A program made the position numbers and the translations under genes. The notes under the pieces were generated by a model. That model saw nothing but the letters and a program-made list of their open reading frames with translations, did no database searches and was not told the origin of the DNA. From NCBI GenBank assembly GCA_038087875.1, contig JAXLNO010003530.1, positions 62,001 to 126,000 of the forward strand: a DNA stretch of 64,000 nt. The letters are read 5' to 3'. Source of the stretch: Malacoraja senta. Taxonomy: Eukaryota. Shown here piece after piece: positions 38,386-51,197 of this stretch (the stretch's first letter is position 1; each line of letters opens with the position of its first letter).

Positions 38386-40547
38386 TTATGTAATCGTATA
38401 ACTGGTTTAAGTGTCTCAGTCACTTCGGATAGCTGTAACTGATAATTGAATCATGCTGTGTCAGTAGATTGTGGAATGGAAGTATATAATGCAGGGGATG
38501 AATGCAGGTGATGCTGCTGCAGTTCCAAAGATGCTGCTTTTTTATGAACTGTCGTAGAATAGAGCATCATGGCACAGAAACAGGTCCTTCTGGCTCGACG
38601 GGTCAATGGTGACCATTAACTTTTCTTTAGTCAGAGGGTGGTGAATCTATGGACTTCTTTGCCACAGAAGGCTGTAGAGGCCATGTCAGTGGATATTTAT
38701 AAGGCAGAGATAGATACATTTTTGATTAATACAGGTGTCAGAGTGTACAGGAGAAGGCAGGCGAATGGGGTTGGGAGGGAGAGATAGATCAGCCATGATT
38801 GAATGGCGGAGTAAACTTGATGGGCCGAATGGCCTAATTCTACTCCTATCCCTTATGACATGACTTATGACTTCACCACCTATTATTTGTGAACTGTGGA
38901 CTCAACAGCCCATTCAGCTGAAGGTGGCTGAACAAATTAATCTGCAGCGGGATTCTGTCGGCCCTTACTGATATTTCTTCCTCACCACCGCACATTGTCT
39001 GCGTACTGCGTACTGCCTTATTGCCAGTGTGGACAAGTTGGCTGCTGTGTAGCTACTAATCAGGTACATGGATAGGAAAGGTTTAGAGGGATATGGGCCA
39101 AACGCGGGCAGGTGGCCTAGTGTAGATGGCTCGTGTAGATCATGTTTGGCCTGGGCAAGTTGGGCTGAATGGCCTGTTTCCATGTTGTATGACTGCATGA
39201 CTATGACTCTAGGTTAATGGCTATATACCTGTTTCTGAGATTGTGAAAGATGTTCTACAAATGCAAATTATTTCTTCGCAGACAAAGTTCAATGGACCAT
39301 TGGAAGTGGGGGTCCTGGAAAAGGGGGAGGGGGATATTATTGCGATCGGGGCTTAGTGCTGACCCCTTTGTATGGTTGCAACTTCAGGTCAACTTCAGGA
39401 TGACGCCACATGACCTGAATGATACATGATGATATTGTTTCTGACTTGCAAGGACACCATTCATGTCCATGCTGGCTCCCATCAGAACATAGTAGACTTC
39501 CATTTCCCATTTGCCCAGCGGCCTTGCAACTTAATCTCCCTCGCCCCAGGTTCTCTTTCATTCCTTTGCAACCCACCCACACACTCGGGGCAACTTACAA
39601 TAGCCGGCTAACCTATTAACCTGCATGTCTTGGGGACGTGGGAGGGAATCGGAGCACTTAGGGGAAACCCATGCTGTCGCAGAGAGAACCTGCAAACTCC
39701 ACACAGACAGCACCAGAGGTCAGAATCAAACCAGATCACAGGAGTTGTGAGCCATGATAAGAAGAAATTGTGTCCCCCCTGTCCCCGGTCACCCCCATAT
39801 TTTGAAAGCGATTTCCGTGCCTGGGCTCGTGGCAGCAGAAGGCAGATTTACTGTAGACCCTTTTCCACTTTCCCTCAAACACTTGCAGATTAGGGAGAGG
39901 TGGGCACCTGGAACAGCTCACATGTGTCAAGCAGGGGTGTAAGTGGGAGTGGAATAGTTATCAGCTTAATTTAATGTTTACTTGTTTTCCAGGGTGAGAG
40001 TGAATGGGGTTCATTATATTACAAACAGGTTAAGGAAACAGTTTGTTTACTCAAAGATGCACAGACCTACAGGCCAGCCTACTAACTACAAACCTCCCTG
40101 GAATCTGCCTGAGCTGGAATCGAACCGGGTGTTCCATGAGCTGAAGTATTTGTCCGCACTGGGGCAGTCAGTGTGAGCTTGGGTTTGACTTTCTTCGCTG
40201 CCAGTTTCACTGTGTGGCTGATTTGTCCAAAATACCCACCAGTCTGCTGTGGGAAATGGTTTCCACGGTTACACATAATATTGGCAGCAAATGAGAGAAC
40301 TAAAAACACCTGTTTGATTTTTCCAAATGTCATTGCTTGGGGGAGTTTTTTCTTGTTTTTTCAAAAATAGGTGAAATAAAATGATTTATCACCACATAAT
40401 TTATGGCAACAAGTTATTCATGTGTAATGTGTAGAGTTTTACAAATGAACACTTTTCATTTCAGTCACCTGATTTCATTGCTGAGATCTCCCAGAATAGG
40501 TACTACCTACACTAAATACTCCATAAAGCCCCCTCATATATTTCCAA

Positions 40548-40907
40548 GGCAGGGGCAGCATGGATTGGATACAGAGTAAACCTTCCTCTACACTGGATAG
40601 AAGTCACCCATTTCTTCTATCCAGAGATGCAACCTGTTCTACTGAGTTACTCCGGCATTTTGTGTCTATCTTTGGTGTAAAGTACAATCTGCAGTTCCTT
40701 CCTACACGCTTCATCTACACTGTCCAATCACACTCTCCCAGGGCAGGGACAGTATGGGTTAGGTACAGAATAACGCTCATTCTACACTGTCCCATCTCAA
40801 ACTCCCAGGGCAGGAACAGCACAGGTTAGACAGAGTCAATCTCCCTCTACATTGTCCCATCACAGGCTCCCGGGGCAGGGAGAGCATGGGTTAGATACAG
40901 AGTAAAG
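40548..40907 (+). repeat. ~65-bp degenerate tandem repeat, interrupted by a Penelope terminus at ~40597-40712
   Basis: Unit like cagggcagggacagcatgggttagatacagagtaaagctccctctacactgtcccatcacacactcc. Confidence 0.8.
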
Positions 40908-41646
40908 ATGGTGGACACACATGCAGAAAATCGTGCCCTCCAAATATTAGACTTTCTGGAATCAGAAGAAGCTTAGAGAAGAGGTCAAGTGGCCGTGAAT
41001 CATACAACCATCCCACTCTCCTGCTACTGTTGTGAGGAAGGAGTGGAACTGATTGAAGTTTGTAGAGGAGACCTCCTGGGAGCTTCAATTACCAAAGTAC
41101 TCAAGAGTGTCCGTGACAACTAAGATTGAGAACAGGCAACTGGAGCCTGGCTGTGTCTGTGTACCAACCTCACGCTCGAACACATTAAAGCCCCTCAATG
41201 TCAGTGTAATCTGCTCAAGAGGTCCTTAATCCGAATGGTAAACGAGAGGGAAGCACTGCATTCATGCTGTGACATCGAGGCACTTCGAGTGGGATTGCAT
41301 CCTGCAACGCTGCGTGCCTCTGAACTCTAGGGACCGCTGACTGTTGTCTGTCTGTTACCCCCGATGTCCCGGGATGTTGCCTCCAGCTTACTGCCTTCGT
41401 TCCTGTGGGAAGTAGGTCTCTGGTGCCCCTTGTCACCAATCTGTCTGCCTGGCAGAGAATGCCAGCAAGCAAGTCGACCCGGTGAATGGAATCCTAGTCG
41501 GTGCCAACCACTGCAGACGACAGCACCGAGCACCAAATGTTTGCTGATCGTCTGGTTCCATTCTCAGCGCAGAGGCCCAATGTAAACACCTACCCCATGG
41601 GGGGAGTGACAGCGGACACACTCTCAATCAAACTCAGCATTGTATC

Positions 41647-41889
41647 AAAGATAGACACAAAGTACTGAAGTAACTCAGCGGGTCAGGCAGCGCCTCTGGA
41701 GGAAAGGGATGGGTGACATTTCGGATCGGGACCCTTCTTCAGTCGGAAGGATCCTGACCTGACATGGAGTCTGAAGAAGGGTCCCGACCCGAAACATCAC
41801 CCATCCCTTTTCTCCAGAGACCCGCTGAGTTACTCCAGTACTTTGTGTCTATCTTCGGTATAAACCAGCATCTGCAGTTCCTTCCCACA
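41647..41889 (+). mobile_element. Minimal Penelope-derived foldback (two opposed terminal repeats)
   Basis: 41649-41742 is inverted relative to 41771-41855. 12-bp TSD cagcattgtatc at 41635-41646 and 41890-41901. Confidence 0.85.
41771..41798 (+). ncRNA. Hammerhead-like core in a Penelope terminal repeat (GUC decayed to AUC)
   Basis: CUGAAGA-A-GGGUC CC GACCC-GAAAC-AUC. Confidence 0.5.
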
Positions 41890-43084
41890 CAGCATTGTAT
41901 CTATCAGCATGACTCCCTCTATTAAAGGTACTTTGTAGCACATGGATTTTCTGAATGCAATACCCAGCAGTGTTCAGAGTGCAGTAGTGAGTAGTGAGAA
42001 CACTGTCTGTTTAGGTTAGTCATGTGTACTGAGGTACAGTGAAAAGCTTTGTTTTGCACGCTATCCAGTCAAATCAGGTAATTTTATAAGTACAATCGAG
42101 CCAAACTCACGTATAATTGGTACAGCAAAGGGAAAGAAACAAAATGCAGAATACAGTTCTCAGCATTGTAGTGTAGCAGTTTCATTTACCTTGGGGATAC
42201 AACTGGGGAGTTGCTTCACTTCTCTGTGCTAGTTACTAGGCTCCAAAGCTGTTAACGCATTCAACCAACTGAGAATGAAGCTCTGGAAGAATGATTGCCC
42301 TCACTAACCAAAGCCAGGTGCATGACCTGTGTGGGAAATGGAGATTCAAGCAGCTGCCAGACAGCCTGAAGGACAAGAGGGAGTTTTAGTCCAAATTTAA
42401 ACTTCCTTAAAAAAAACCTATTTGAATCATCAACAAAACCTAAATTAAAATGTCGTTGTGTGGGTCCAGGATGCAGGACAAGCTCCAGCAAACAGTGGGC
42501 CCTATGTGTTCCTCAGATAGACACAACATGTTGGAGTAACTCAACAAGTCAGGCAGCATCTCTGGAGAAAAGGAAAAGGTCCCTTGACTGACCCCGACCA
42601 CCTCTGCACTGGATGTCCAAAATATCAGGAGTGTGGAATGGGAGTGCAGCCAGCAACTGAGGATATTCAGAGGGGTTCCAACCCCTGGTGTATATACATG
42701 GAAAATAGGCTTGTCTAGTTTGCAAAGATCATAGAGAATGAATGAATCGGCACAGAACAACACTCTCCACAACCAGGTCCCATGCAATCTCCGCTGGGGA
42801 TTCCCATCGTTCCCACCATGGACGGAAGGACTGGCACAGCATGTCCAGGTAGCAGACAAGGGTGAGGATAGGAGTGGGACCACAGCGACCCAACTGTACC
42901 ACCGCACAGCCACTTTGGATCAGCGGGCAATCACCTTGAAGGCAAAGGCCTCATGGCCTTTTCAAGGAACTCTTTGACCACAGAAGGGGCGAGGGAGACA
43001 AGGGAGTGGGCATGAGGCGTGAAAACACTTCAAGAGTGATGGACTCATGTTGATGAACACAACCCCTGCTGATCCTGCCTTGGA

Positions 43085-43395
43085 AGTATGTGATGGGAAG
43101 GTGTCGAGGGAGCTTTGCTCTGTATCTAAACCATGCTGTCCCTGCCCTGTGAGTGTGTGATGGTACAGTTTAGAAGGAGTTTTAATAACCATCTCACCTT
43201 CTGTCCCTCCCCTGGGACTGTGTGATGCTTTTGTGCAGAGGGAGTTTTACTGTGTATCTAAATCTATCCCTGCCCTAGGAGTGTGTGGTCGGACAACTTT
43301 GAAGGAACTTTACTCTCTACCTAACCCATGCTGTCCCTGCCCTGCATGATGGAACAGTGTAGAGGGAGCTTTACTTCATGTCTAGGCTGTGCTGT
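43085..43395 (-). repeat. Same ~65-bp tandem repeat in the opposite orientation
   Basis: Repeated gagggagctttactctgtatctaacccatgctgtccctgccctg. Confidence 0.8.
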
Positions 43396-43461
43396 ATGGA
43401 TTCTGGCACTAACTTTTGATGACAAGGGTGGGGAAGCAATCCCTTGCTCCCTGCCTTGAGA

Positions 43462-43768
43462 CTTTAGACTTTAGGGTTAGAGGGTGGAAACAGGCCCTTC
43501 GGCCCACGGAGTCCGTGCCGAACTTCAATCACCCCGTACACTAGCACTATCCTACACACTGGGGACAATTTACAATTTTACCAAAGCCAATTAACCTACC
43601 AATCTGTATATTTTTGGAGAGTGGGAGGAAACCAGAGCACCCAGAGAAAACCCACGGGGTCTCAGGGAGAACATACAAACTCCATACAGACCAAACCCAT
43701 GGTCAGGATCGAACCCGGGTCTCTGGCGCTGTAAGTCACCAACACTATCACTGCACCGCTGCGTCCCC
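43462..43768 (-). mobile_element. V-SINE (HE1-like), full length
   Basis: A/B boxes, V-domain, tail. Confidence 0.85.
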
Positions 43769-44904
43769 GAATATCGTCCTTGTCCTGAATAGTCTCCATG
43801 TTTCTTTTGTTGTTAGTTAGGTATTACTGAAGTTAAAAGGCACCTATGCATTAGATCGAAATCAAAGAGCAGGCAGAACATTGTAATCAGGTTTGTGTCT
43901 GCAGCTTCATGTGCATCAATGTGCAGCTGGTGCAGCTGTGTTGTGCAGCCTGTCAATATGCTGCCTGGTGCCAGTGAAAACACAAGGCTACATTCACCTG
44001 TTGCAGCTAAGCAAACACGTGCTGCCCCGCCAAGACACTTCTTGATTTCCTCATCTTCTGGGAATGTAAAACGGTCTAAATCTTTCACCGTCAGTTGGTT
44101 ACCAGCTGCATTTTGAAAGTAAGCTATTATTTTCATAATAATGTAACAATATTATGTGGTAGCTATCATCCATACGAGCAATCCTTAGACTGTAATGCCG
44201 CATCTTCACTCAGTTACCATTTCACTGTTCTCATCCTCTCTGTCATTTGAATATTCAATCTATATTGTATAGTTGACATGTTCTCTGTGTCGATCATTAT
44301 CTACACTTCATGCTGCCATGTTCAAGGCCACCAGAATAATCAAGCTTCACCCCAGTCACTCCCTTTTCCTCCCTCTAACATCAGGCAAGAGGTACAGAAG
44401 TGTGAACACACACCTCCAGATTCAGGGACGGTCTCTTCCCAGCTGTTATCAGGCAACTGAACCGTCCTATCAACCATTCGCGAGCAGTGCTGAGCTACCA
44501 TTTACCTCATTGGAGACCCTCAGACTGTCATTAATCGGACTTTACTGGACATTATCTTGCACTGAATGGTATTCCCTTTACCCTGTGTATCTGTACACTG
44601 TGGAGGGCTTGATTGTAATCATGTATAGTCTTTCCACTGATTGGACAGCATGCAACAAAAACCTCGATGACTTGCATTGAGTGGCAAGGCTTAGGAGCCT
44701 GAGGAGATGGCACTGATGGCATGAAAGGGCATGGACCCCTCATACCTGGCAGAAATGTTATCCACCCCATGAACCCCATGGTGGAGATTGTCCCTGCTCC
44801 AACCAGATGAGCTCCAATCAATTGGAGACACAAGACGTGTCTGGGAGTGTTACATAATTACCAAGTATCATGGCGTTGAGTCATGGAACCCTTCAGCCAA
44901 CCTC

Positions 44905-45436
44905 AATCATCCATTTACACCAATCCAATTTTATCCTCTCCTCATTCCCAATTACTCCTCCCAGATTCACCGTACCAAGAATAATTTGCAGCTGGCAATA
45001 AACCTATCAACCTGCATGGGAGCAAACCAGAACATCTGGGGAAACCCACACAGTCACAGGGAGTATTGGAAAACTCCACAAAGATAATATTACAGGCCAG
45101 GATTGAATCTGATTCACTGGAGCTGTGAGACAGCAGCTCCACCAGCTTAGACTTTAGGCTTTAGACTTTAGAGGTACAGCGCGGAAACAGGCCCTGCGGC
45201 CCAGCATATACTACCACTATCCCACACACTAGGAACCATTTACAATTTTATCAAAGTCAATTAACCTACAAACCTGCACATCTTTGGAATGTGGGAGGAA
45301 ACTGGAGTATCTGGAGAAAATCCACGCGGTCACAGGAAAAATGTACAAACTGCATACAGATAGCACCCGTAGTCAGGATCGAACCCGGGTCTCTGGCGAT
45401 GTAAGGCAGCAAGTCTACTGCTGCGCCACTGTGCCA
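44905..45436 (-). mobile_element. Two tandem V-SINEs (older ~44905-45145, younger ~45147-45436)
   Basis: Two successive reverse-complement SINE bodies. Confidence 0.8.
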
Positions 45437-46740
45437 GCATGATGACCAAATGTTTCTTTTTAATTCCACAATGAGCTTTGAAATTGCTTCCCTAAACTTC
45501 TGAAACTAGGGAATATCTGAAACATCTGAACATCTCACTAATATGGACACATACACCGTCCAGTAGGGTCATGGGCTATCGGTAAGGAGGTGGCACCTGT
45601 TTTTTCCAAAAACAAACTTTATTCAGACTAATAAATATATACAAAATAACAACAGTGTAAAAATTCTTCCAACCTTCTCAGCGGCTATACATACATTCAT
45701 TAGTATTAAATTTGGTAGTGTTCACAAAACTATCATTATACCAGAGACTCTTGCCACTCATGAGGCCCCATTGGGTGATATCTCTTTCCACACCCTGCCC
45801 ACCAATGTGCAGCAGCAGAAGGACCCTAGACTGTGGTCCTCCACGTAGATCCTTGGCATTGGCTGCACCAAGCTTCAATCAAAGCTTCAATCAAAGCCCT
45901 GTTTGATTGCAGTACCATCCTTCCCTCACCTCATCTTGTTCCATCTGCTGAAGGGATCACACATGCCATCCCCTCCCAATTTGGTCAAGGGTCACAAATT
46001 GTCTTCTGGAAATGACTGACTGGAAGGAAGGCAGAAGGTGATTTGTGAGGGACCTCTGGAAAAGGAAGATGTTTGCAGTGCTATGGACAAAGAGAAGGGT
46101 TCTTGAATTGCAAAGTGCTTTAATAAAGGCTGGTCTCCATCTGTGTTGTTCAGATCCAGTGGACTTTATAATTTGTGACCTCACCTATCGTTGAGCTCTG
46201 GATGATGTGGCAATCTCAAGTACGATCCGAGGAGGGATAATACTAGGTTTAGGTTTAGGTTCGGGTATGGATTTTTTTGCATTGTCATGTACCGAGGTAC
46301 AGTGAAAAATTTTGTTTTGTATGTTAATCAAACAGACCAGATATACCATACATTCAAACTGAAATATAATAGGTAGAGCAAAAGGAAAGATGCAGAGCGG
46401 AGAATATAGATCTCAGCATTGTAGTATATGAATTCCATAGACATAGTCCAATGTTCTTAATGGAGTAGAGATGAAATGAATCCAACTTCTGGAAGACCGT
46501 TCGGAAGCCTGATAACAGAGGGTAGAGACTGCTCTTTGGCCTGATGGTGCCTGCTTTCAAGCTTCTGAAATCTCTGCCAAGTGGGAGCAGGGAGAAGAAG
46601 GAACGACTGGCATGGGATAGGTCTTTGATTATGTATAGTTTAGTTGAGTTTATTATCATTGCCATGTGTACTGAGGTAGATAGACACAAAAAGCTGGAGT
46701 AACTCAGCAGAACAGGCAGCATCTCTGAAGAGAAGGAATG

Positions 46741-46772
46741 GGTGACGTTTCGGGTCGTCACCCTTCTTCAGA
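46741..46772 (-). ncRNA. Minimal type-I hammerhead ribozyme core in a Penelope terminal repeat
   Basis: Minus strand reads CUGAAGA-A-GGGU GACG ACCC-GAAAC-GUC: CUGANGA box, stem II, GAAA box and a GUC cleavage triplet with palindromic ACGU helix III. Helix I is not clearly formed. Confidence 0.6.
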
Positions 46773-46949
46773 AACAAAGTGTTTTTGTTTCGTACTATCC
46801 AATCAGTGAAAAGGCTATACATGATTACAATCAAGCCGTCCACAGTGAAATGTAGATGGAGTCAATGGTGGGAAGTCTGGTCTGTGTGATGGACTGGGCT
46901 AAACCTACAACTCTTTGCAATTTCTTGCGGTCTTGGGCAGAGCTATAGA

Positions 46950-47190
46950 ATTTAGAGATACAGCGCAGAAACAGGCCCTCTGGCCAGCCGACCACTAGGG
47001 ACAATTTATAATTTTTGCTGAAGTCAATTAACCTACAAACCCATACGTCTTTCAGAGGAAACCAGAGCACCTGGGGAAAACCCACGCGGTCACGGGGAGA
47101 ACGTACAAACTATGTACAGCCAAGTTTGTACAAAGTCGATCAAACCCGGGTCTCTGGTGCTGTAAGGCAGCAACTCTACCACTGTGCCTC
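46950..47190 (-). mobile_element. V-SINE inserted in an antisense Rex1 3' fragment (~46780-47290)
   Basis: SINE consensus flanked by Rex1-like peptide ILLGCITAWF…SAQDRKKLQRVV on the minus strand. Confidence 0.75.
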
Positions 47191-47499
47191 CCTAAACTGT
47201 GTTGTTCTTAAACCAAGCCGTGATGCAACCCAACAGTATGCTTTCTATGCCAAGGAGAATAGAAATTTCTCTGCAACTTCTATGAACCATCATTGTCAAG
47301 GAGCCCAATGATGGGCTAGAGTCTACTGGCTGGTGCTCAATGTCACAACATCTGACCACCCCCATCCCGCACTCAAGCTCAATGTTACCTGAGCCCCTTG
47401 GCTCGTTCTCCATTTAAGCGTCAGTGGTCTGTCTCACCCTCTCCCCCACATTTCCCCGTCCCAACAACCATCTCACAGTCCTCCTCCTCCTTCCTCCGT

Positions 47500-47925
47500 T
47501 TTCAAACATAAAACTGGCTCCGAGTGTAACTGCGCTGTGATTAGAAATGATTGATTGCCAGCCATGTTTCATTAATGTGATGTTTAAATATTGGCACTTT
47601 CCCTCCCCTCCCCCGGCCTGTTGCTAAGCTTCGAGCGACGGAAGAAATTCCACACTTGCTCACCTAACAATGGCACAGATTATGCAGCAGCTTCTTAAAC
47701 AGATTAGCAAGGCTCGATTAAACAGATTAAGGGGAGGGGTGGGTGGCGGGTTGGGGAGGGGAGAGTGTAGATCCGCTGCAGCATATTTTCTTTTTATTAA
47801 ACTGGGTTTGCCATCTCCATGGCGACGGGGCTAATAACACATGTTGGGCGAGCGGGGACCTTGTGAGGCTTCATTTCCCTGTCGGTCTCCTGTAATTTAA
47901 ATTGGGCTGACATTCAGCAGAGCGT
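47500..47925. promoter_or_regulatory. Candidate intronic enhancer / conserved non-coding element
   Basis: Repeat-free and motif-dense: several GATTA/TAAT, tgattgattg, aacaatgg (Sox-like), atctccatggcgac (RFX X-box-like). Conservation not tested. Confidence 0.45.
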
Positions 47926-48035
47926 GGGAGGGGCAGGTCACGGGGAGCTGGGAATCTGGGGACGGCCACACCGCACTCTATGGAAGGCAACGGAGCACAC
48001 GAGATGGGTGCTGGAGTAGCACACACACGCACATA

Positions 48036-48560
48036 NNNNNNNNNNNNNNNNNNNNNNNNNNNNNNNNNNNNNNNNNNNNNNNNNNNNNNNNNNNNNNNNN
48101 NNNNNNNNNNNNNNNNNNNNNNNNNNNNNNNNNNNNNNNNNNNNNNNNNNNNNNNNNNNNNNNNNNNNNNNNNNNNNNNNNNNNNNNNNNNNNNNNNNNN
48201 NNNNNNNNNNNNNNNNNNNNNNNNNNNNNNNNNNNNNNNNNNNNNNNNNNNNNNNNNNNNNNNNNNNNNNNNNNNNNNNNNNNNNNNNNNNNNNNNNNNN
48301 NNNNNNNNNNNNNNNNNNNNNNNNNNNNNNNNNNNNNNNNNNNNNNNNNNNNNNNNNNNNNNNNNNNNNNNNNNNNNNNNNNNNNNNNNNNNNNNNNNNN
48401 NNNNNNNNNNNNNNNNNNNNNNNNNNNNNNNNNNNNNNNNNNNNNNNNNNNNNNNNNNNNNNNNNNNNNNNNNNNNNNNNNNNNNNNNNNNNNNNNNNNN
48501 NNNNNNNNNNNNNNNNNNNNNNNNNNNNNNNNNNNNNNNNNNNNNNNNNNNNNNNNNNNN
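48036..48560. other. Assembly gap (525 N)
   Basis: N run. Confidence 1.
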
Positions 48561-49574
48561 TGCACAGCTGCAGGGAGACACAAGTTGTCCTGTTACATGG
48601 AGAGGGATGGAGAATTTCCATCCGACAGGACTGTTCTCCATAACTAAACATTTACGGTATTTAATGCCAGATATGAGGATGGACCTTTCACCCAGCATAT
48701 GCCTGTATACAGTATCTAACATGGTCCTTACAGTTTCAGACAGGGGAATGGTTCCCTCACCCAGTGTACTGCATGTATGGAGGGTCTAACACACAGTGCC
48801 AGACAGGGGGGGAGGGGGTCCATGCTCCCAGTGTACAGGGTCACTGCATATGTACAGTGTCTAACACTGATACACATGGACAGTACGGTGCCAGACAGGG
48901 GGATGGACCCCGTAGCCGGTGTACCGCAAGTGTACAGGGTGTAACACAGATGAACACCTGGGTTGTTTAATGCTGGACAGGAGAGAGGCTTCTTTTTGTG
49001 CAGCCTGCCCTGTGGATGTGGAGGAACGGGCACTGAGACACAGGTGGGTCTGTCTGTACCCGACAGGTGTGATTGTCCCCATTCCCCAGCGACTCCTGGA
49101 GCAGGAACGGACACTGCGGCTAACTGCAACTTCGAACATGCTTGTTTTCTCTGTCCCTTATCTGCATTGAGATGTGTGTTATTTCTGCTTTGTCTAATTC
49201 GTGCAGTTGATTAAAAAGCTGTGGAATATAATAGGAATAATAGAGTCTGCATGGGGAACTAGAGAAACACACAAGGTCTCTGCAATCAGCGGCAAAGTAA
49301 TAATTATGTCTGGGAAAATATTGATCTTCCCAGAACAATTTAACATCGATGACTGACTCAATTATTGAAATGAACTGCCTGCAACCTAAAATCAAAAGCC
49401 ACGGTCTACCTCTTTAATTAGAAAGGAAATGAAGCAATTTAATACTTGTGGCAAGGATGATAAAACAAATCCCTCCCCAGAAGCCTGCATCCCATCCTGG
49501 GAGCCCGAGCTGACAGTGGAGCCACTGGCTAGGCAATGATGTGTGGCCCAGTGCCAAGTCATAGAGTCAGAGTT

Positions 49575-49873
49575 TAATTTAAAGACACAGCGCAGAAACA
49601 GGCCATTTGGGCCACTGAGTCAGCATCGACCAGCGATCCCTGTACACTAGCACAATCCAACACTCTAGGGACAATTTACAATTATTACCGAAGCCAATTA
49701 ACCTACAAACCTGTATGTCTTTGGAATGTGGGAGGAAACCGGGGAACCCGGAGAAAATCCACACGGTCACAGGGAGAACGTACAAACTCCTTACAGACAG
49801 CACACGTAGTCAGGATTGAGCCTGGATCTCTGGCGCTGTGAGGCAGCAACTCTACCATTGTGCCACTGTGCTG
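49575..49873 (-). mobile_element. V-SINE (HE1-like), full length
   Basis: A/B boxes, V-domain, tail. Confidence 0.87.
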
Positions 49874-50336
49874 CAGTTATACAGTGTGGAAACAGGCATT
49901 TCAGCCCAACCTACCCACACTGACCAACATGTCCCATCTGCACTAGTCCCTCCTGCCTACATTTGGCCCATATCCCTCTAAACCTGTCCTATCCATGTAC
50001 CTGTGTAAATGTTTCTTAACCGTTGTGATGACAATGTTGCCAAGTGCTTGGCAGTGCGCTTTTTGCAGAATGAAGTGTGGTACATAAAAGATAGAACATG
50101 GAACAGAACAGTACAGGAACAGGCCCTTTGGCCCACAAAGTCTGTGCCGGACATGATGCTAAGATAAACTAATCTCATCTGCCTGCACATGATCTGTATC
50201 CATCCATACCCTGAGAATCCATGTGTCTATCTAAACGCCTCCATTGGCTGATCCTTCTGGGCCACTGGAAAATAGTTTCGGACTTCTCAGCGTGAATCAA
50301 AACTGCACTTCTGACATGATTTTCATGTCAAATCGG

Positions 50337-50975
50337 TAGTAAGGAAGGCAAATGCAATGCTAGCATTTAGTTTGAGAGGACTAGAATATAAGAACAGGGA
50401 TGTAATGCTGAGGCTCTATAAGGCACTGGTTAGGCCGCATTTGGAGTATTGTGGGCAATCTTGTGCCTCATATCTGAGGAAGGATGTGCTGGCTCTGGAG
50501 AGGATCGAGAGGAGGTTTATGGGAATGATCCCAGGAATGATTGGGTTAACATATGGTGAGCGTTTAACGCCACTGGGCCTGTACTCGCTGGAGTTTAGAA
50601 GGATGAACTTTACCGAACAGTGAAAGGCCTGTATAGGGTGGATGTGGAGAAGATGTTTCCATTAGTAGCAGTCCAGGACCAAAGGCCATAGCATCAGAAT
50701 AAAAGGCTGTACCTTTAGAAAGGAGATGAGGAGGAATTTCTTTAGTCAGAGGGTGGTGAATCTGTGGAATTCATTGCCACAGACGGCTGTGGAGCCAGGT
50801 CAATGGATTTTTTTAAAGATGAAGATTGACAGATTCTTGATTAGTAAAGGGTTATGGGGAGAAGGCAGGAGAATTGGGGTTGAGACGGAAAGATCGATCA
50901 GCCATGATTGAATGGCGAAACAGACTTGATGGGCCGAATGGTCTAATTCTGCTCTTATAAATTATGAACATGACC
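50337..50975 (+). mobile_element. CR1 LINE 3' fragment
   Basis: KKANAMLAF…LYKALVRPHLEYC…LGLYSLEFRR and QRVVNLWNSLP, followed by the CR1 3' UTR. Confidence 0.85.
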
Positions 50976-51197
50976 TTATGAACCCAAGCACAACCCATCA
51001 ACATTTCCACCCCTCTTTAAGGAGGATTGCTGGGCAGAGGTTTGTGCAGGTCAGAAGGGATGTATTGACAAGGCAAGGAGCTGTGGGGAAATCCTCCCTT
51101 GCAGAGGGCAGTGACTCTCTGGAACTCTCCAACCTGAAGGCTAGGTCAGACGGGATTTAAAGAAGATAAACGCTGGACAGATCAGGAATTGTAGGCG

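Noticed and set aside
40548-40907. CRISPR-like repeat array
   Set aside because: Head-to-tail degenerate units without unique spacers, no cas genes, eukaryotic context.
47871-48789. Long ORFs of 200-283 aa
   Set aside because: They are open only because they span the N gap.
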